Positions 37,969 to 48,308 of a DNA stretch of 64,000 nucleotides are shown here, piece by piece (position 1 is the first letter of the stretch; every line of letters begins with the position of its first letter). Position numbers and translations under genes: made by a program. Below the pieces are notes generated by a model that ran no database searches, had not been told where the DNA came from, and saw only the letters and a program-made list of their open reading frames with translations. The DNA is from Candidatus Omnitrophota bacterium (GTDB lineage: Bacteria > Omnitrophota > Gorgyraeia > Duberdicusellales > 4484-171): positions 14,851-78,850 of the forward strand of contig JAAEQW010000297.1 in assembly GCA_024231025.1 (NCBI GenBank). The letters are read 5' to 3'.

Positions 37969-39373
37969 AATATTAAAAGAACTAAAGAAGCGAAAAATAA
38001 CAGCAATAGCTCATGATTCGCGTAGCGTAGAGTCCGGCAGCGTGTTTTTTGTTTTGGAGGGTAAAAATTTCGATATTTTCTCTTGCTTACCTTCAATAGA
38101 GAAAAAAGTTGCACTTTTCATAGTCCAGAAAAAAAATAAAACAAAATTCAATAGTTTAATAAGAAAAAAACCGGTTATTTTTGTTAATGATATTGAAAAA
38201 ATTTATCGTCAATCAGTAGACTGGTTTTATAACTTTAAATCGTCTGATTTTAAGTTTGTTGGTGTTACTGGCACAAACGGAAAAACCACAATTACTACGT
38301 TAGTCTATTATTTTTTAAAGTCGATAAAAATTAGATCTTCACTTATTGGCACTGTGAATTATTTGATTGGAAGTAAGAAGGTAAAAGCAGAGCACACAAC
38401 TCCTGATTATCTAGCTTTACGTAAACTTTTTAAAATTGCCAATAGTGAAAAGGTGAAATTTATAATCATGGAGGTTTCTTCGCATGCGATTGATCAAAAC
38501 CGTGTTGCGGGCATTGATTTTTCTGTTTGCGCCTTTACGAATTTAACGAGAGACCATCTTGATTATCACAAAACAATGAAGAGTTATTTTTTTGCTAAGA
38601 AAAAATTATTTTTTTCAAATAAAAAAGCTAAAGCCATCATTAATAATGATGATTCCTATGGGCGAGTGCTGCTTTCGCAATTAAATGAGCCAATATCCTA
38701 TGGCTTAAAAAGTGGAGTTGATTTTAAAGCTGAAAATATTTCTTTATCCAAAGAGAATAGTCAATTTGACTTGGTGTGCAAAAGCGGTCGGATCTCGGTT
38801 TTAACGTCACTGTTGGGCAGGCATAATATTTGCAATATTCTTGCTGCTGGTGCAATAGTGTCTTCGCTTGGTTTTTCTTTGAAGAGTTTCGTTAGATTTA
38901 TTCATTCTTTTCGCTTGGTAAATGGACGAATGGAGGCCGTCGCGGCGGATATTTTTCTAGATTATGCCCATACTCCCGACGCTTTAAAGCGAGTCTTACT
39001 TTCTTTAAGAGAGATTGGCTATAAAAAAATAATCTGTTGTTTCGGTTGTGGCGGTAATCGCGATAAGGGAAAACGTGCGAGAATGGGGAAAATCGCAGAT
39101 AAGTATGCTGATTTTACGATAATTACGTCTGATAACCCTCGCAATGAAAATTCATTAAAAATCATTTCGGATATTGAGCGGGGATTTACCGGAAAGAATT
39201 ATATGATCGTTAGTGATCGAAAAGCTGCTATTGCAAAGGCGATAAAGGTAAAAGCAAGATATAGTCAGGCTTGTCTTCTTGTCGCTGGGAAAGGGCATGA
39301 AAAGTATCAAATAATTGGAGAAAAGAAAATATTGTTTAGTGATAAAAAAGTTATAAAAAAATATGGTAATTAA
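37952..39373 (+). CDS. murE: UDP-N-acetylmuramoyl-L-alanyl-D-glutamate--2,6-diaminopimelate ligase
   Basis: Mur ligase GVTGTNGKTT, with DNPR in the C-terminal domain. Confidence 0.85.
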   Translation: MKINSKILKELKKRKITAIAHDSRSVESGSVFFVLEGKNFDIFSCLPSIEKKVALFIVQKKNKTKFNSLIRKKPVIFVNDIEKIYRQSVDWFYNFKSSDFKFVGVTGTNGKTTITTLVYYFLKSIKIRSSLIGTVNYLIGSKKVKAEHTTPDYLALRKLFKIANSEKVKFIIMEVSSHAIDQNRVAGIDFSVCAFTNLTRDHLDYHKTMKSYFFAKKKLFFSNKKAKAIINNDDSYGRVLLSQLNEPISYGLKSGVDFKAENISLSKENSQFDLVCKSGRISVLTSLLGRHNICNILAAGAIVSSLGFSLKSFVRFIHSFRLVNGRMEAVAADIFLDYAHTPDALKRVLLSLREIGYKKIICCFGCGGNRDKGKRARMGKIADKYADFTIITSDNPRNENSLKIISDIERGFTGKNYMIVSDRKAAIAKAIKVKARYSQACLLVAGKGHEKYQIIGEKKILFSDKKVIKKYGN

Positions 39374-40709
39374 TAATCTAAAGGCGATCAAGAATGCGGT
39401 TAGTCCAACGCATGTGTCGAATGCTGAGCTTTTTGAGGCGGTGAAGGGGTTTTCTATTGATTCACGTTCTATTCGTAAGGGAGAGGCATTTATTGCCGTT
39501 TGCGGTGTTCATTGCGATGGTCATAAGTACATAAAACAGGCGATTGATAAAGGTGCTTCTTTAATTATCGGTCAAGAGCACCTTAAGCTATCTAAAGTGC
39601 CGTATTTAAAGGTTAACGATAGCTACCAAGCGCTTTCTAGTATTGTTCGTTTTATTAGAAATAAGGCAAAACCTTATGTTTTTGCAATTACGGGGTCTGT
39701 TGGTAAAACAACAACTAAGGAGATGCTTGCATTTTTACTGGAAGATAAATACAAAGTTTTGAAAAATTACCAAACTGAAAATAATATTTTGGGCGTAGCT
39801 AAAACTATGTTTTCTCTTGGCGATCATGAAATAATTGCTTTGGAGCTTGGGACTAATTCTCCTGGTGAAATAGAGGATTTAACATCTGCGATTTGTCCTG
39901 ATGTGGGAATTATTACTTTTATTAAGCCGGTTCATTTAGAAAAACTACGCACCCTCAAAGGCGTTTTTAATGAAAAAATATCACTTTTTTCTTCTAATCC
40001 TCGAATGAAAGCAGTGTTAAATTACGATGACATTTATTTACGCAAAGCAAACATCAAGAGACAAGTTTATTATTTTGGCAAAAATAAAAAAAGTGATACT
40101 TACGCGCGATTAAAATCTAGCAATTATCAATCGTCAACTTTTATTGTGCAGGATAAATTTAGATTAATTTTAAAAACGCCATTTTCTAGTTTCATCTATA
40201 ATGCGTTAGCGGCAATTCAAGCTGCGCGAATTCTAAAGCTGCCTTTAAAGGGACTCATAGAAAAACTCAATAACTTTAATGCTTTTGGTGATTTAAGAAT
40301 GCGCATTAAGGAAATGCCTAAGTATATTCTATTAAACGATACGTATAATGCGAATCCTTATTCTCTTGGAGAAGCTTTTAAGATGGTTAAAAAATTACCT
40401 GGGCAAAAAATTGCTGTGCTTGGTGACATGTTTGAGTTAGGAGAAAAGGCTTGTTTCTATCATAAAAGTCTTGCTAAAGGGGTTATTAAAGCAGGTTTCG
40501 ATTATTGTTTGCTTATGGGTGAACTAACTTTGCATTTAAAAAGAGAGCTTAAAAGTTTGGGCTATCGAAGTGTTTACCATTTTTCTTCCCATAAGGATGT
40601 GGTTAATTTTATAAAGTCAAAAAGTAAAAAAACAAAATATACAGTTTTCCTAAAAGGCTCACGCTTAATGAAGCTTGAGAAAGTATTTAATTTATTGAGT
40701 AAAACGTAG
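39363..40709 (+). CDS. murF: UDP-N-acetylmuramoyl-tripeptide--D-alanyl-D-alanine ligase
   Basis: Mur ligase ITGSVGKTTTKE. dcw position. Confidence 0.85.
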   Translation: MVINNLKAIKNAVSPTHVSNAELFEAVKGFSIDSRSIRKGEAFIAVCGVHCDGHKYIKQAIDKGASLIIGQEHLKLSKVPYLKVNDSYQALSSIVRFIRNKAKPYVFAITGSVGKTTTKEMLAFLLEDKYKVLKNYQTENNILGVAKTMFSLGDHEIIALELGTNSPGEIEDLTSAICPDVGIITFIKPVHLEKLRTLKGVFNEKISLFSSNPRMKAVLNYDDIYLRKANIKRQVYYFGKNKKSDTYARLKSSNYQSSTFIVQDKFRLILKTPFSSFIYNALAAIQAARILKLPLKGLIEKLNNFNAFGDLRMRIKEMPKYILLNDTYNANPYSLGEAFKMVKKLPGQKIAVLGDMFELGEKACFYHKSLAKGVIKAGFDYCLLMGELTLHLKRELKSLGYRSVYHFSSHKDVVNFIKSKSKKTKYTVFLKGSRLMKLEKVFNLLSKT

Positions 40710-40784
40710 AAGTGGGGCTTGTATTTGTTCGCTATAGTAATGGCAATTATTGTAGTTTGATATATAATATAGGTAATATTATTT

Positions 40785-40855
40785 GCGACGGAAATGAATT
40801 TTGAGTTTTACGCTATAGCTTTACGTTTTTCGTTTTACATTTTTAGTTAATTTAA
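40785..40855 (+). repeat. family-1 repeat, half element E
   Basis: ttttacgctatagctttacgtttttcgttttacatttttag matches the terminal repeat of copies B and C. Confidence 0.5.
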
Positions 40856-40869
40856 AACCTATTTAAATT

Positions 40870-41952
40870 ATGGTTTATCATTTTTTATACCCATTAGCGA
40901 AATATTTTTTTCCATTTAATCTAGCCAGATATATTATTTTTAGAGGTGGCTGTGCGTTTATAACTTCTTTTTTGGTTGTTATGGTAATGTGGAAATTTAC
41001 CCTAAGGCGACTGAAACGATTGAAGATTGTTGAGAAAATTGATATGTATGGAAATGTACACTTGGAATCTCTTCACCAGAACAAAAGAGGTACTCCAACC
41101 ATGGGCGGCGTATTAATTATTTTTTCTGTGGTTTTTTCGGCACTGATCTGGTCAAGGCTTGATAATGGGTTTGTTTGGCTTAGCGTAATGGTGATGACTG
41201 CTTTAGGCGCTTTGGGGTTGGTTGATGATCTTCTAAAAGTTAAAAAAGGTAAAGGACTTTCTCGAAAGCAGAAATTATTTTTTCAAATTTTGATTGGTGC
41301 AGTGCTCGGTGCTCTGATAGTAGCAAGTAAGAATTTATCGACAACATGGGATTTTCCTTTTTTCAAGAAAGTAATTATAGATTTAGGGATTTTTTATATT
41401 TTTTGGGCAGTACTTATTATTGTTGCAACTTCTAATGCCGTGAATTTCACCGATGGCCTAGATGGCTTGGCGATAGGAACCCTAATTATTAATTTCTTGA
41501 TTTTTGCCGTATTGAGTTATATAACCGGGCATTTAAAATTTTCGTCGTACCTCTTTATTCCCTATATTCCTGGAGCAGGTGAATTAAGCGTATTATGCCT
41601 TGCTTTAGTTGGTGCAGGATTAGGCTTTCTTTGGTTTAATGCTTATCCGGCTGAAGTATTTATGGGTGACGTGGGCGCACTTTCATTAGGTGGTGTGGTT
41701 GGGGCACTTGCCTTGTTTACAAAAAAAGAATTTCTTCTTTTAGTTTGTGGCGGGTTATTTGTGATAGAGGCGATGAGTGTTATTTTGCAGATACTATCAG
41801 TAAAATTAAGAGGAAAGAAATTGTTTAGGGCAGCACCGTTGCATCATCATTTTCAGCTATTGGGGTGGAAAGAGCCAAAAATTATAGTTCGTTTCTGGAT
41901 AGTTGCCTTTCTTTGCGCGGTTGTTTCATTCCTTACGCTCAAGCTAAGATAG
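40870..41952 (+). CDS. mraY: phospho-N-acetylmuramoyl-pentapeptide transferase
   Basis: 10-TM protein with NAVNFTDGLDGLA and MGDVGALSLGG motifs. Confidence 0.9.
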   Translation: MVYHFLYPLAKYFFPFNLARYIIFRGGCAFITSFLVVMVMWKFTLRRLKRLKIVEKIDMYGNVHLESLHQNKRGTPTMGGVLIIFSVVFSALIWSRLDNGFVWLSVMVMTALGALGLVDDLLKVKKGKGLSRKQKLFFQILIGAVLGALIVASKNLSTTWDFPFFKKVIIDLGIFYIFWAVLIIVATSNAVNFTDGLDGLAIGTLIINFLIFAVLSYITGHLKFSSYLFIPYIPGAGELSVLCLALVGAGLGFLWFNAYPAEVFMGDVGALSLGGVVGALALFTKKEFLLLVCGGLFVIEAMSVILQILSVKLRGKKLFRAAPLHHHFQLLGWKEPKIIVRFWIVAFLCAVVSFLTLKLR

Positions 41953-41960
41953 GAAAAATA

Positions 41961-43208
41961 ATGAACATCGATGGCGTAAATACTGTTTGTGTGGTGGGAT
42001 GGGCAAAAAGCGGAATTGCTTTATGCGACCTGCTTCTCTCTTTAAAAAAAAAGATTAAAGTCACTGATTCTCGAGTGCGTTCTTCATTCGACACTAAACT
42101 GATAAATGCATATATTAATAAGGGTGTTGAGTTTGAGTTTGGTGCGCACAGCGAAAAATTTATAAAAGATAGTCAATTAGGAATATTGAGCCCCGGAGTT
42201 GACGTTAAAACGTCAGAGGCGGCAAAGTGTTTTTGCAATTTAGGTACACCTTTTGTTGGCGAAATAGAATTTGCTTCTTGGCTGACGAGGGCGAAGTTTA
42301 TTGCTATAACTGGTACTAACGGCAAAACTACCACTTCTTTTCTTACCCACAAAGTGCTTAAAACAAAAAGAAAAAGAGTTTTTCTTGGCGGTAATATTGG
42401 TGTTGCCCTCTCTTCTTTTGTTATGGATACAAAAAAAGGTGACTTAATTGTGCTGGAGATAAGCTCATTTCAACTCGAAACAATAATTGAATTTAAGCCT
42501 TTTGTTGCAGTTTTTCTTAATATTGAGCCGGATCATTTGGACCGTTACTGTGGTTTTGAAGATTATTTTAAAGCCAAAATGAATATTTTCAAAAATCAGG
42601 GGAAAGAGGATTGGGCAGTGCTAAACAAAAAATCTGACCTAAAAGGAATAGTCGAAAAGTGCACGTCTTCGAAGATTCTTACTTTTAGCGATGAATTTGA
42701 AAATGAGAATTTTTCTTGTGTTTATCGTATTGCTAGTATTTTTGGATTGAGCAAAACTGATTGCGTAAAAGTTTTTTCAGATTTTGCTGGTTTACCCCAT
42801 CGTTTGCAAACCGTTGGTAAGTTAGCCGGAGTTACATTTATTAACGATTCAAAGGCTACGAATCCGTCTTCGACTGCTTGGGCGTTAAAAAATACTAAGG
42901 GAAAGGTTATTCTTATTTCCGGAGGTAAGGATAAGGGTGTTGACTATAAAGAAATTTTACCATTCGCAAAAAAGATTAAAAAAGTTAATCTTTTTGGTGA
43001 AGCAGCGAATAAAATTAAAGAAGCTCTCAAAGCAGAATTAGAAATTGGGCAATTCCCTTCGCTTAAAAGTGTTATTGAGGCGTCTTTTAAAGAGGCAAAA
43101 AAAGGGGATACGGTTCTTTTCTCGCCGATGTGCTCTAGTTTTGATATGTTTTCAAGTTATATTGAGCGGGGCGAGAAGTTTAGTGAATTAGTTAAGGAAT
43201 TAAAATAA
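41961..43208 (+). CDS. murD: UDP-N-acetylmuramoylalanine--D-glutamate ligase
   Basis: ITGTNGKTTT. Start placed at the internal ATG after mraY with SD-like aggaaaaa. Confidence 0.85.
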   Translation: MNIDGVNTVCVVGWAKSGIALCDLLLSLKKKIKVTDSRVRSSFDTKLINAYINKGVEFEFGAHSEKFIKDSQLGILSPGVDVKTSEAAKCFCNLGTPFVGEIEFASWLTRAKFIAITGTNGKTTTSFLTHKVLKTKRKRVFLGGNIGVALSSFVMDTKKGDLIVLEISSFQLETIIEFKPFVAVFLNIEPDHLDRYCGFEDYFKAKMNIFKNQGKEDWAVLNKKSDLKGIVEKCTSSKILTFSDEFENENFSCVYRIASIFGLSKTDCVKVFSDFAGLPHRLQTVGKLAGVTFINDSKATNPSSTAWALKNTKGKVILISGGKDKGVDYKEILPFAKKIKKVNLFGEAANKIKEALKAELEIGQFPSLKSVIEASFKEAKKGDTVLFSPMCSSFDMFSSYIERGEKFSELVKELK

Positions 43209-44311
43209 TGGAAATAAACGCAGCTAAAGAGCGTCGTTTTATCTTTTTTGCTATCCTTTCATTAACCCTTTTTGGGTTACTTATGGTGTATGAATCATCT
43301 AGCATTTATGCCTTTAAAACAACTGGTGATTCTTTGTATTTTTTAAAGCGGCAGTTTGTTTTTTTTCTTATGGCTTTGGTCTCTTTTTTCTTAACTCTTT
43401 TCGCGGATTTAGAATTTTTGCGCAAACATAATAAAGAGTTATTGATTTTTACTTTTTTGTTGCTGATTGCTGTTTTGATTGTTGGACGCAAAACAGGAGG
43501 GGCGCGGCGTTGGTTTAATTTATTTTATTTTAATTTTCAGCCTTCGGAAATGTTAAAAATAAGCTTTCTTCTGTATTGTGCCGATTATTTTAGACGTAAG
43601 GGAAGTTTTATTAAGAATTTTTTCGGTGGGGTTCTTCCTTTAGGGGTTATCTTGGGGTCGATGTGTTTTTTGCTTGTTCTACAGCCAGATTTGGGGTCGG
43701 CAGTTTTTTGGATGATTTGGACTCTTTTTTTCCTTTTTCTCTGCAGGGCAAAACAAAAACATATCATATGGATAGTTATTGTTGGACTCATTTTGATCTT
43801 TTTTCTAGTTAAGTTTTATCCGTATCGTTTTCGACGCATTACTGCGTATCTAAATCCTTTTGCTGACCCAAAAGGTGCGGGGTTTCAGCTGATTCAGTCT
43901 CAAATTGCTTATGGCGAGGGTGGGCTTTTTGGTGTAGGTTTAGGCGAGGGGCGACAGAAATTATTCTTTCTTCCAGCAGCACATACTGACTTTATATTTT
44001 CAATTATTGCTGAGGAATTTGGATTATTTACAATAACATTAATTTTTTGTTTTTTATTTACTATTTTTCATAGAATGCTCAATGTTGTTAAAATAACTGC
44101 GAATATGTTTAAAAAAAATATTTTATTAGGTATTGTTTTAATATTTTTTCTTGAAATTGTAATCAATATTGGTGTTAGTTGCGGGCTATTGCCAACTAAG
44201 GGGCTGTCTTTTCCATTTGTCAGCTATGGCGGAAGTAATATGATCGCACACTACATACTTTTAGGATTATTTTTCAATGCTTCTCGCCAAAGACAGGAAA
44301 AAATTTCATGA
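43208..44311 (+). CDS. ftsW: peptidoglycan glycosyltransferase FtsW (SEDS family)
   Basis: Polytopic membrane protein with FQPSE, PAAHTDFIFS and SYGGS SEDS motifs. Confidence 0.85.
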   Translation: MEINAAKERRFIFFAILSLTLFGLLMVYESSSIYAFKTTGDSLYFLKRQFVFFLMALVSFFLTLFADLEFLRKHNKELLIFTFLLLIAVLIVGRKTGGARRWFNLFYFNFQPSEMLKISFLLYCADYFRRKGSFIKNFFGGVLPLGVILGSMCFLLVLQPDLGSAVFWMIWTLFFLFLCRAKQKHIIWIVIVGLILIFFLVKFYPYRFRRITAYLNPFADPKGAGFQLIQSQIAYGEGGLFGVGLGEGRQKLFFLPAAHTDFIFSIIAEEFGLFTITLIFCFLFTIFHRMLNVVKITANMFKKNILLGIVLIFFLEIVINIGVSCGLLPTKGLSFPFVSYGGSNMIAHYILLGLFFNASRQRQEKIS

Positions 44312-45333
44312 AGGTGTTATTAGCTTGCGAAAGAAGTGGTGGGCATGTATTTCCGGCGCTTGGTCTTGCCGATAAAATCAAAGAAAGCTCCCCCAAAGAT
44401 CAAATCTATTTTTTTATTACCTCAAAATCTCTTCAAAAATACGTACGAGATGATAAATATCTTGTCTTTGGTAGATGTTTCAATAAAAGAAGAGTTATTA
44501 TTGAGGGTTTTTGGCGTTTTTTTGAAAGCATTTACCTTCTTATTAAAATTAACCCCGATAAGGTTGTTGGATTCGGTGGCAGAGACAGTTTTTTTCTGTT
44601 ATTTTTTGCGGCACTAACGCGAAAGAATACAGCGATTTATGAGCTTAACAGTAGTTTTGGCAGGGCCAATAAGGTACTTTCTTTGTTTGTTGGTAAGGTT
44701 TTTTCTGCTTTTGATTCACTTAGAGCCAGGAATGTGGAAGTGGTTGGTTTGGTGCTTAGAAAAAATTTAATCAAAATTGATCGCAAGACCGCCCTTGGAG
44801 ACCTTAACTTAAAAGATAAGCCTATAATTTTGTGTTTCGGTGGTAGTCAGGGGGCAGGTTTCATAAATAGAATTTTCATGAAATTAGTAAAAGAGATCAG
44901 TCTTGATTGTCAGATTATTCATTTAACTGGCAAAAGAGATTACTTGGAAATAAAAGAGTTTTATAATACAATAAAAAACAGCAGTGTTGTGATGGATTTT
45001 TGTCCTACCATGGAAAGGCTTTATAGCGTCGCAGATATAGTTATTTCGCGTGCGGGGGCATCAACCCTAGCGGAAATAGCGCATTATGCTATCGCGCCAA
45101 TTTTAATTGGACATCCTACCGGTAGCGGGCATCAGGATCAAAATGCCCTTTATTTCAAAGAAAAGAATGCTGCTTTTGTTTTTAAAGAAAAGGATTTTTT
45201 ATTTAGTAATTTTAAGGCGGCGGTAGAGAGGCTTCTTAACGATGAAGCTTTACGGAAAAGAATGAGCGACAATTTGAAAAGTGTATCTTTAGGGGTTAGT
45301 TTTGAGCAGTTTTGTAAAAATAGTAATTTTTAG
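44308..45333 (+). CDS. murG: UDP-GlcNAc:undecaprenyl-PP-MurNAc-pentapeptide GlcNAc transferase
   Basis: GT28 protein: N-terminal GGHVFPAL, C-terminal RAGASTLAE. Confidence 0.8.
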   Translation: MKVLLACERSGGHVFPALGLADKIKESSPKDQIYFFITSKSLQKYVRDDKYLVFGRCFNKRRVIIEGFWRFFESIYLLIKINPDKVVGFGGRDSFFLLFFAALTRKNTAIYELNSSFGRANKVLSLFVGKVFSAFDSLRARNVEVVGLVLRKNLIKIDRKTALGDLNLKDKPIILCFGGSQGAGFINRIFMKLVKEISLDCQIIHLTGKRDYLEIKEFYNTIKNSSVVMDFCPTMERLYSVADIVISRAGASTLAEIAHYAIAPILIGHPTGSGHQDQNALYFKEKNAAFVFKEKDFLFSNFKAAVERLLNDEALRKRMSDNLKSVSLGVSFEQFCKNSNF

Positions 45334-46096
45334 CATACTTCTGTTTCCTAATTTAGCTTTTGGTAATGAGAGTGACTTTCGCAAGTCGCGTTGCGAACAT
45401 TTTATTATTCAGTACCATAAGGATGTAGATGCAAGCTATGTGCGCAAGGTTAGAGACAAAAGTGAGAGATTGTATCGTAATATAACCCAAGAGTTTAATT
45501 TAATACGTGATAAACTTTGGACTTGGGATAACCGAGCAAAAATTTTTGTAGCTAAGGATAAAGACGATTATATTAGCGACTACAGTTGCCCTGCCTGGTC
45601 GGGCGCGTGCGTGGATTATGTAAATAAAATAATTTATACCTATCCTGATCAGAAGAGGTTTGATTCAATTTTGGCGCATGAGCTGACGCATATAATTTTT
45701 CGCGAATATGTGGGTAATGCGCAATTAGAACTTTGGCTTGATGAGGCTATTGCGGTTTACGTTGAGAACAAGTACGGCCAAGATGTGAATTCTTATCTTT
45801 TGTCGCATGTGAAAAAGGCTCTTATTAGGGATCAGCACATAAAATTTAATGATTTAAGAAAAATAACCGCTCTCACGCTTGATACGAGTTCCCAAGATCG
45901 AGTCAGTTTATTTTATGCTCAGTCATTTTCAGTAGTTCATTTTTTAATAAAACGATATGGGCGAGATCGCTTTGCGTATTTTTTATTTTTTTTAAAGAAT
46001 GGCAAAAACTTTGAATCTGCGCTTTCTCGCGGGTTTGCTTCGCTTTCTAGCGCAGATGATTTAGAAAAGAAGTGGAAAAAATTTTATTTAGAGTAA
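45302..46096 (+). CDS. secreted HExxH zinc metallopeptidase (peptidase MA-like) inserted in the dcw cluster
   Basis: Signal peptide MSSFVKIVIFSILLFPNLAFG. HELTHIIF ... WLDEAIAVYVE resembles the gluzincin HExxH plus downstream Glu ligand. Confidence 0.6.
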   Translation: MSSFVKIVIFSILLFPNLAFGNESDFRKSRCEHFIIQYHKDVDASYVRKVRDKSERLYRNITQEFNLIRDKLWTWDNRAKIFVAKDKDDYISDYSCPAWSGACVDYVNKIIYTYPDQKRFDSILAHELTHIIFREYVGNAQLELWLDEAIAVYVENKYGQDVNSYLLSHVKKALIRDQHIKFNDLRKITALTLDTSSQDRVSLFYAQSFSVVHFLIKRYGRDRFAYFLFFLKNGKNFESALSRGFASLSSADDLEKKWKKFYLE

Positions 46097-46102
46097 TTTT
46101 AT

Positions 46103-47500
46103 ATGAATTTTGAGGGTGAAAATATTCTTTGTGGTAAAGTGAAAAATATACACTTCGTTGGTATTGGCGGAATCGGTATGAGTGGGTTGGCGTTTTTGTT
46201 AAAGGATCAAGGGGTTAAAGTCCGTGGTTCAGATTCAAAAAGTGGCTGCAACGTTGATAATCTTAGGGCCGAGGGCGTTGAGGTTATTATTGGTCACAAA
46301 GCGAGTAATATCGATACTGATACAGATTTGGTTGCTTATTCTTCGGCGATTAGAATGGATAATCCAGAGATAGTAGAGGCGAAGAAGCAAGGAATTAAAA
46401 TTATTAAAAGGGGTACTCTTTTGGGGTGTATTTGTCAAGATAAGAAGACCATTGCTGTATCTGGCAGCCATGGAAAGACAACCACCACGTCTTTTCTCGC
46501 CTATCTTTTGACTGCATTAGGTTATGACCCAGCTTTGTTTATTGGGGGATTACCCTTAAACCATTCACGTAATGCGCGTTGGGGAAAGGATTATTTTGTT
46601 ATTGAGACTGACGAAAGTGACGGTAGTTTTTTAAATCACCATCCTTGGGTATCGATAATTACAAATGTTGACAATGAGCACATAGAGCACTATAAGAGCT
46701 GGGATAATTTAAAGCAAAGTTTTTTGAAATTTGCCCGTCAGACCACGGGTAAGGTTTTTGGGTGCGGCGACGATCAGACTGTCCGTGAGATTTTGGACCA
46801 AGTAGAAGGTATTAAATATGGTTTTGGTCCGGATAATGACATTAGATGTGAAAACGTTAGTTTTGATGGAACAGGAAGTAGTTTTGATCTTTTAGTCGGT
46901 AATAAGCGGATACCGTCGATAAAAACTCCACTTTTTGGTGAGCACAACGTTCTAAATACTTTAGCGGTTTTAGCGGTATCCTCTTATTTGGGAGATGATC
47001 TAGAGAGCATCGCAAAAGTTATGAAAGATTTTAAAGGAACTAAAAGACGTTTTCAAGTTCAGCAAACTTTAGGTGGTATAACCTTTGTTGATGATTACGC
47101 TCATCATCCAACAGAGATAAAAGCGGTACTTAAGGCCAGCTGCAAGCTTAAGCCAGAGCGCATGATTGTTGTTTTTCAACCGCATCGTTTCTCTCGAGTA
47201 AAAGCTCTTTATGATGAATTTTGTCACTGTTTTTGTAAAGTTGATCGGCTTATTGTGACTGACATCTATGGAGCCAGTGAAGATAGTAATCGAGGGGTTG
47301 AAGTTAAAGAGTTCTGCTCTGATATCGCCAAGAATACCTGTGCAGATGTTCAATATATTCCTAAAGAATTTTTAGCAAAAGAAGTTCCTTTGCTTTTAAA
47401 GAGTGGCGATTTATGCTTATCTTTGGGGGCTGGGGACATTAATTCACTCATTGCCGAAGTGGCCAGAGAAGTCAAAGAAAAAATTTATGGTTCTAAGTAA
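46103..47500 (+). CDS. murC: UDP-N-acetylmuramate--L-alanine ligase
   Basis: HFVGIGGIGMSGLA and GSHGKTTTTS. Confidence 0.9.
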   Translation: MNFEGENILCGKVKNIHFVGIGGIGMSGLAFLLKDQGVKVRGSDSKSGCNVDNLRAEGVEVIIGHKASNIDTDTDLVAYSSAIRMDNPEIVEAKKQGIKIIKRGTLLGCICQDKKTIAVSGSHGKTTTTSFLAYLLTALGYDPALFIGGLPLNHSRNARWGKDYFVIETDESDGSFLNHHPWVSIITNVDNEHIEHYKSWDNLKQSFLKFARQTTGKVFGCGDDQTVREILDQVEGIKYGFGPDNDIRCENVSFDGTGSSFDLLVGNKRIPSIKTPLFGEHNVLNTLAVLAVSSYLGDDLESIAKVMKDFKGTKRRFQVQQTLGGITFVDDYAHHPTEIKAVLKASCKLKPERMIVVFQPHRFSRVKALYDEFCHCFCKVDRLIVTDIYGASEDSNRGVEVKEFCSDIAKNTCADVQYIPKEFLAKEVPLLLKSGDLCLSLGAGDINSLIAEVAREVKEKIYGSK

Positions 47501-48308
47501 TTATACGACAATTAAAATTGGCGGTAAGGTTGATAGATTTTTTTTGGTTGATTCCCAAAAAGCCTTAGATAATGCTTTAGATAAGTGTTGTGGTGATTTT
47601 TATCTCTTAGGTGGTGGATCAAATATTTTAGCCGTTGATTCATCGATCAGCAAAGCGGTGATTAAGTTAACAGGGGAATTTGATTATATAAAAATTGATG
47701 GAAATACTATTGAAGTTGGGGCGGGATCAATGCTGTCGGCGGTGCTTAATAGTTGTATTCGCGGTAATTTATCCGGTTTAGAGAATTTATCAGGTATCCC
47801 GGCAACAATTGGTGGACTTATTGCTACTAACGCATCTGCTTTTGGTAAAGACATATCCGTTCACTTGAAAGAGGTTGAATTGATTGATACTGATGGCAAA
47901 AAATGTCGGATCGGTAAAGATGGGTTAAGCTTTAGTTATCGCCAATCTTCTTTGCAAGGAAGTATTATCTTGCGCGCTTGGTTTGTTTTGTCTTTTGAGA
48001 ATGGAATAGGAAAAAGAGTAGAAGATTTTTTAAAAAAACGTTATCAAAAACAGGATTTTAATTCACCTAGCTGTGGATGCATTTTTAAGAATCCTGATGA
48101 TAGGTGTGCCGGCGAACTTATTGATTCCTGTTCATTAAAAGGGTTCTCTGAAAATGATGCGCAAGTGTCATTTAGGCACGCTAATTTTATTATTAATTTA
48201 GGCCACGCTACCTATAATGATGTAGATCGCTTAATCTGTGAGATTAAAAATATTATTAAAGAAAAGTGCGGTGTCGTATTGCAGGAAGAAATAGAAAGAT
48301 GGATCTAA
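47487..48308 (+). CDS. murB: UDP-N-acetylenolpyruvoylglucosamine reductase
   Basis: TIKIGGKVDRFF, GGGSNIL FAD-binding motifs. Start taken at the internal Met overlapping the murC stop. Confidence 0.8.
   Translation: MVLSNYTTIKIGGKVDRFFLVDSQKALDNALDKCCGDFYLLGGGSNILAVDSSISKAVIKLTGEFDYIKIDGNTIEVGAGSMLSAVLNSCIRGNLSGLENLSGIPATIGGLIATNASAFGKDISVHLKEVELIDTDGKKCRIGKDGLSFSYRQSSLQGSIILRAWFVLSFENGIGKRVEDFLKKRYQKQDFNSPSCGCIFKNPDDRCAGELIDSCSLKGFSENDAQVSFRHANFIINLGHATYNDVDRLICEIKNIIKEKCGVVLQEEIERWI

Noticed and set aside
2990-40855. Possibility that the recurring intergenic repeats form a CRISPR array
   Set aside because: The copies are separated by kilobases of genes, have no regular repeat-spacer periodicity, and occur in both orientations. 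No cas genes are present.
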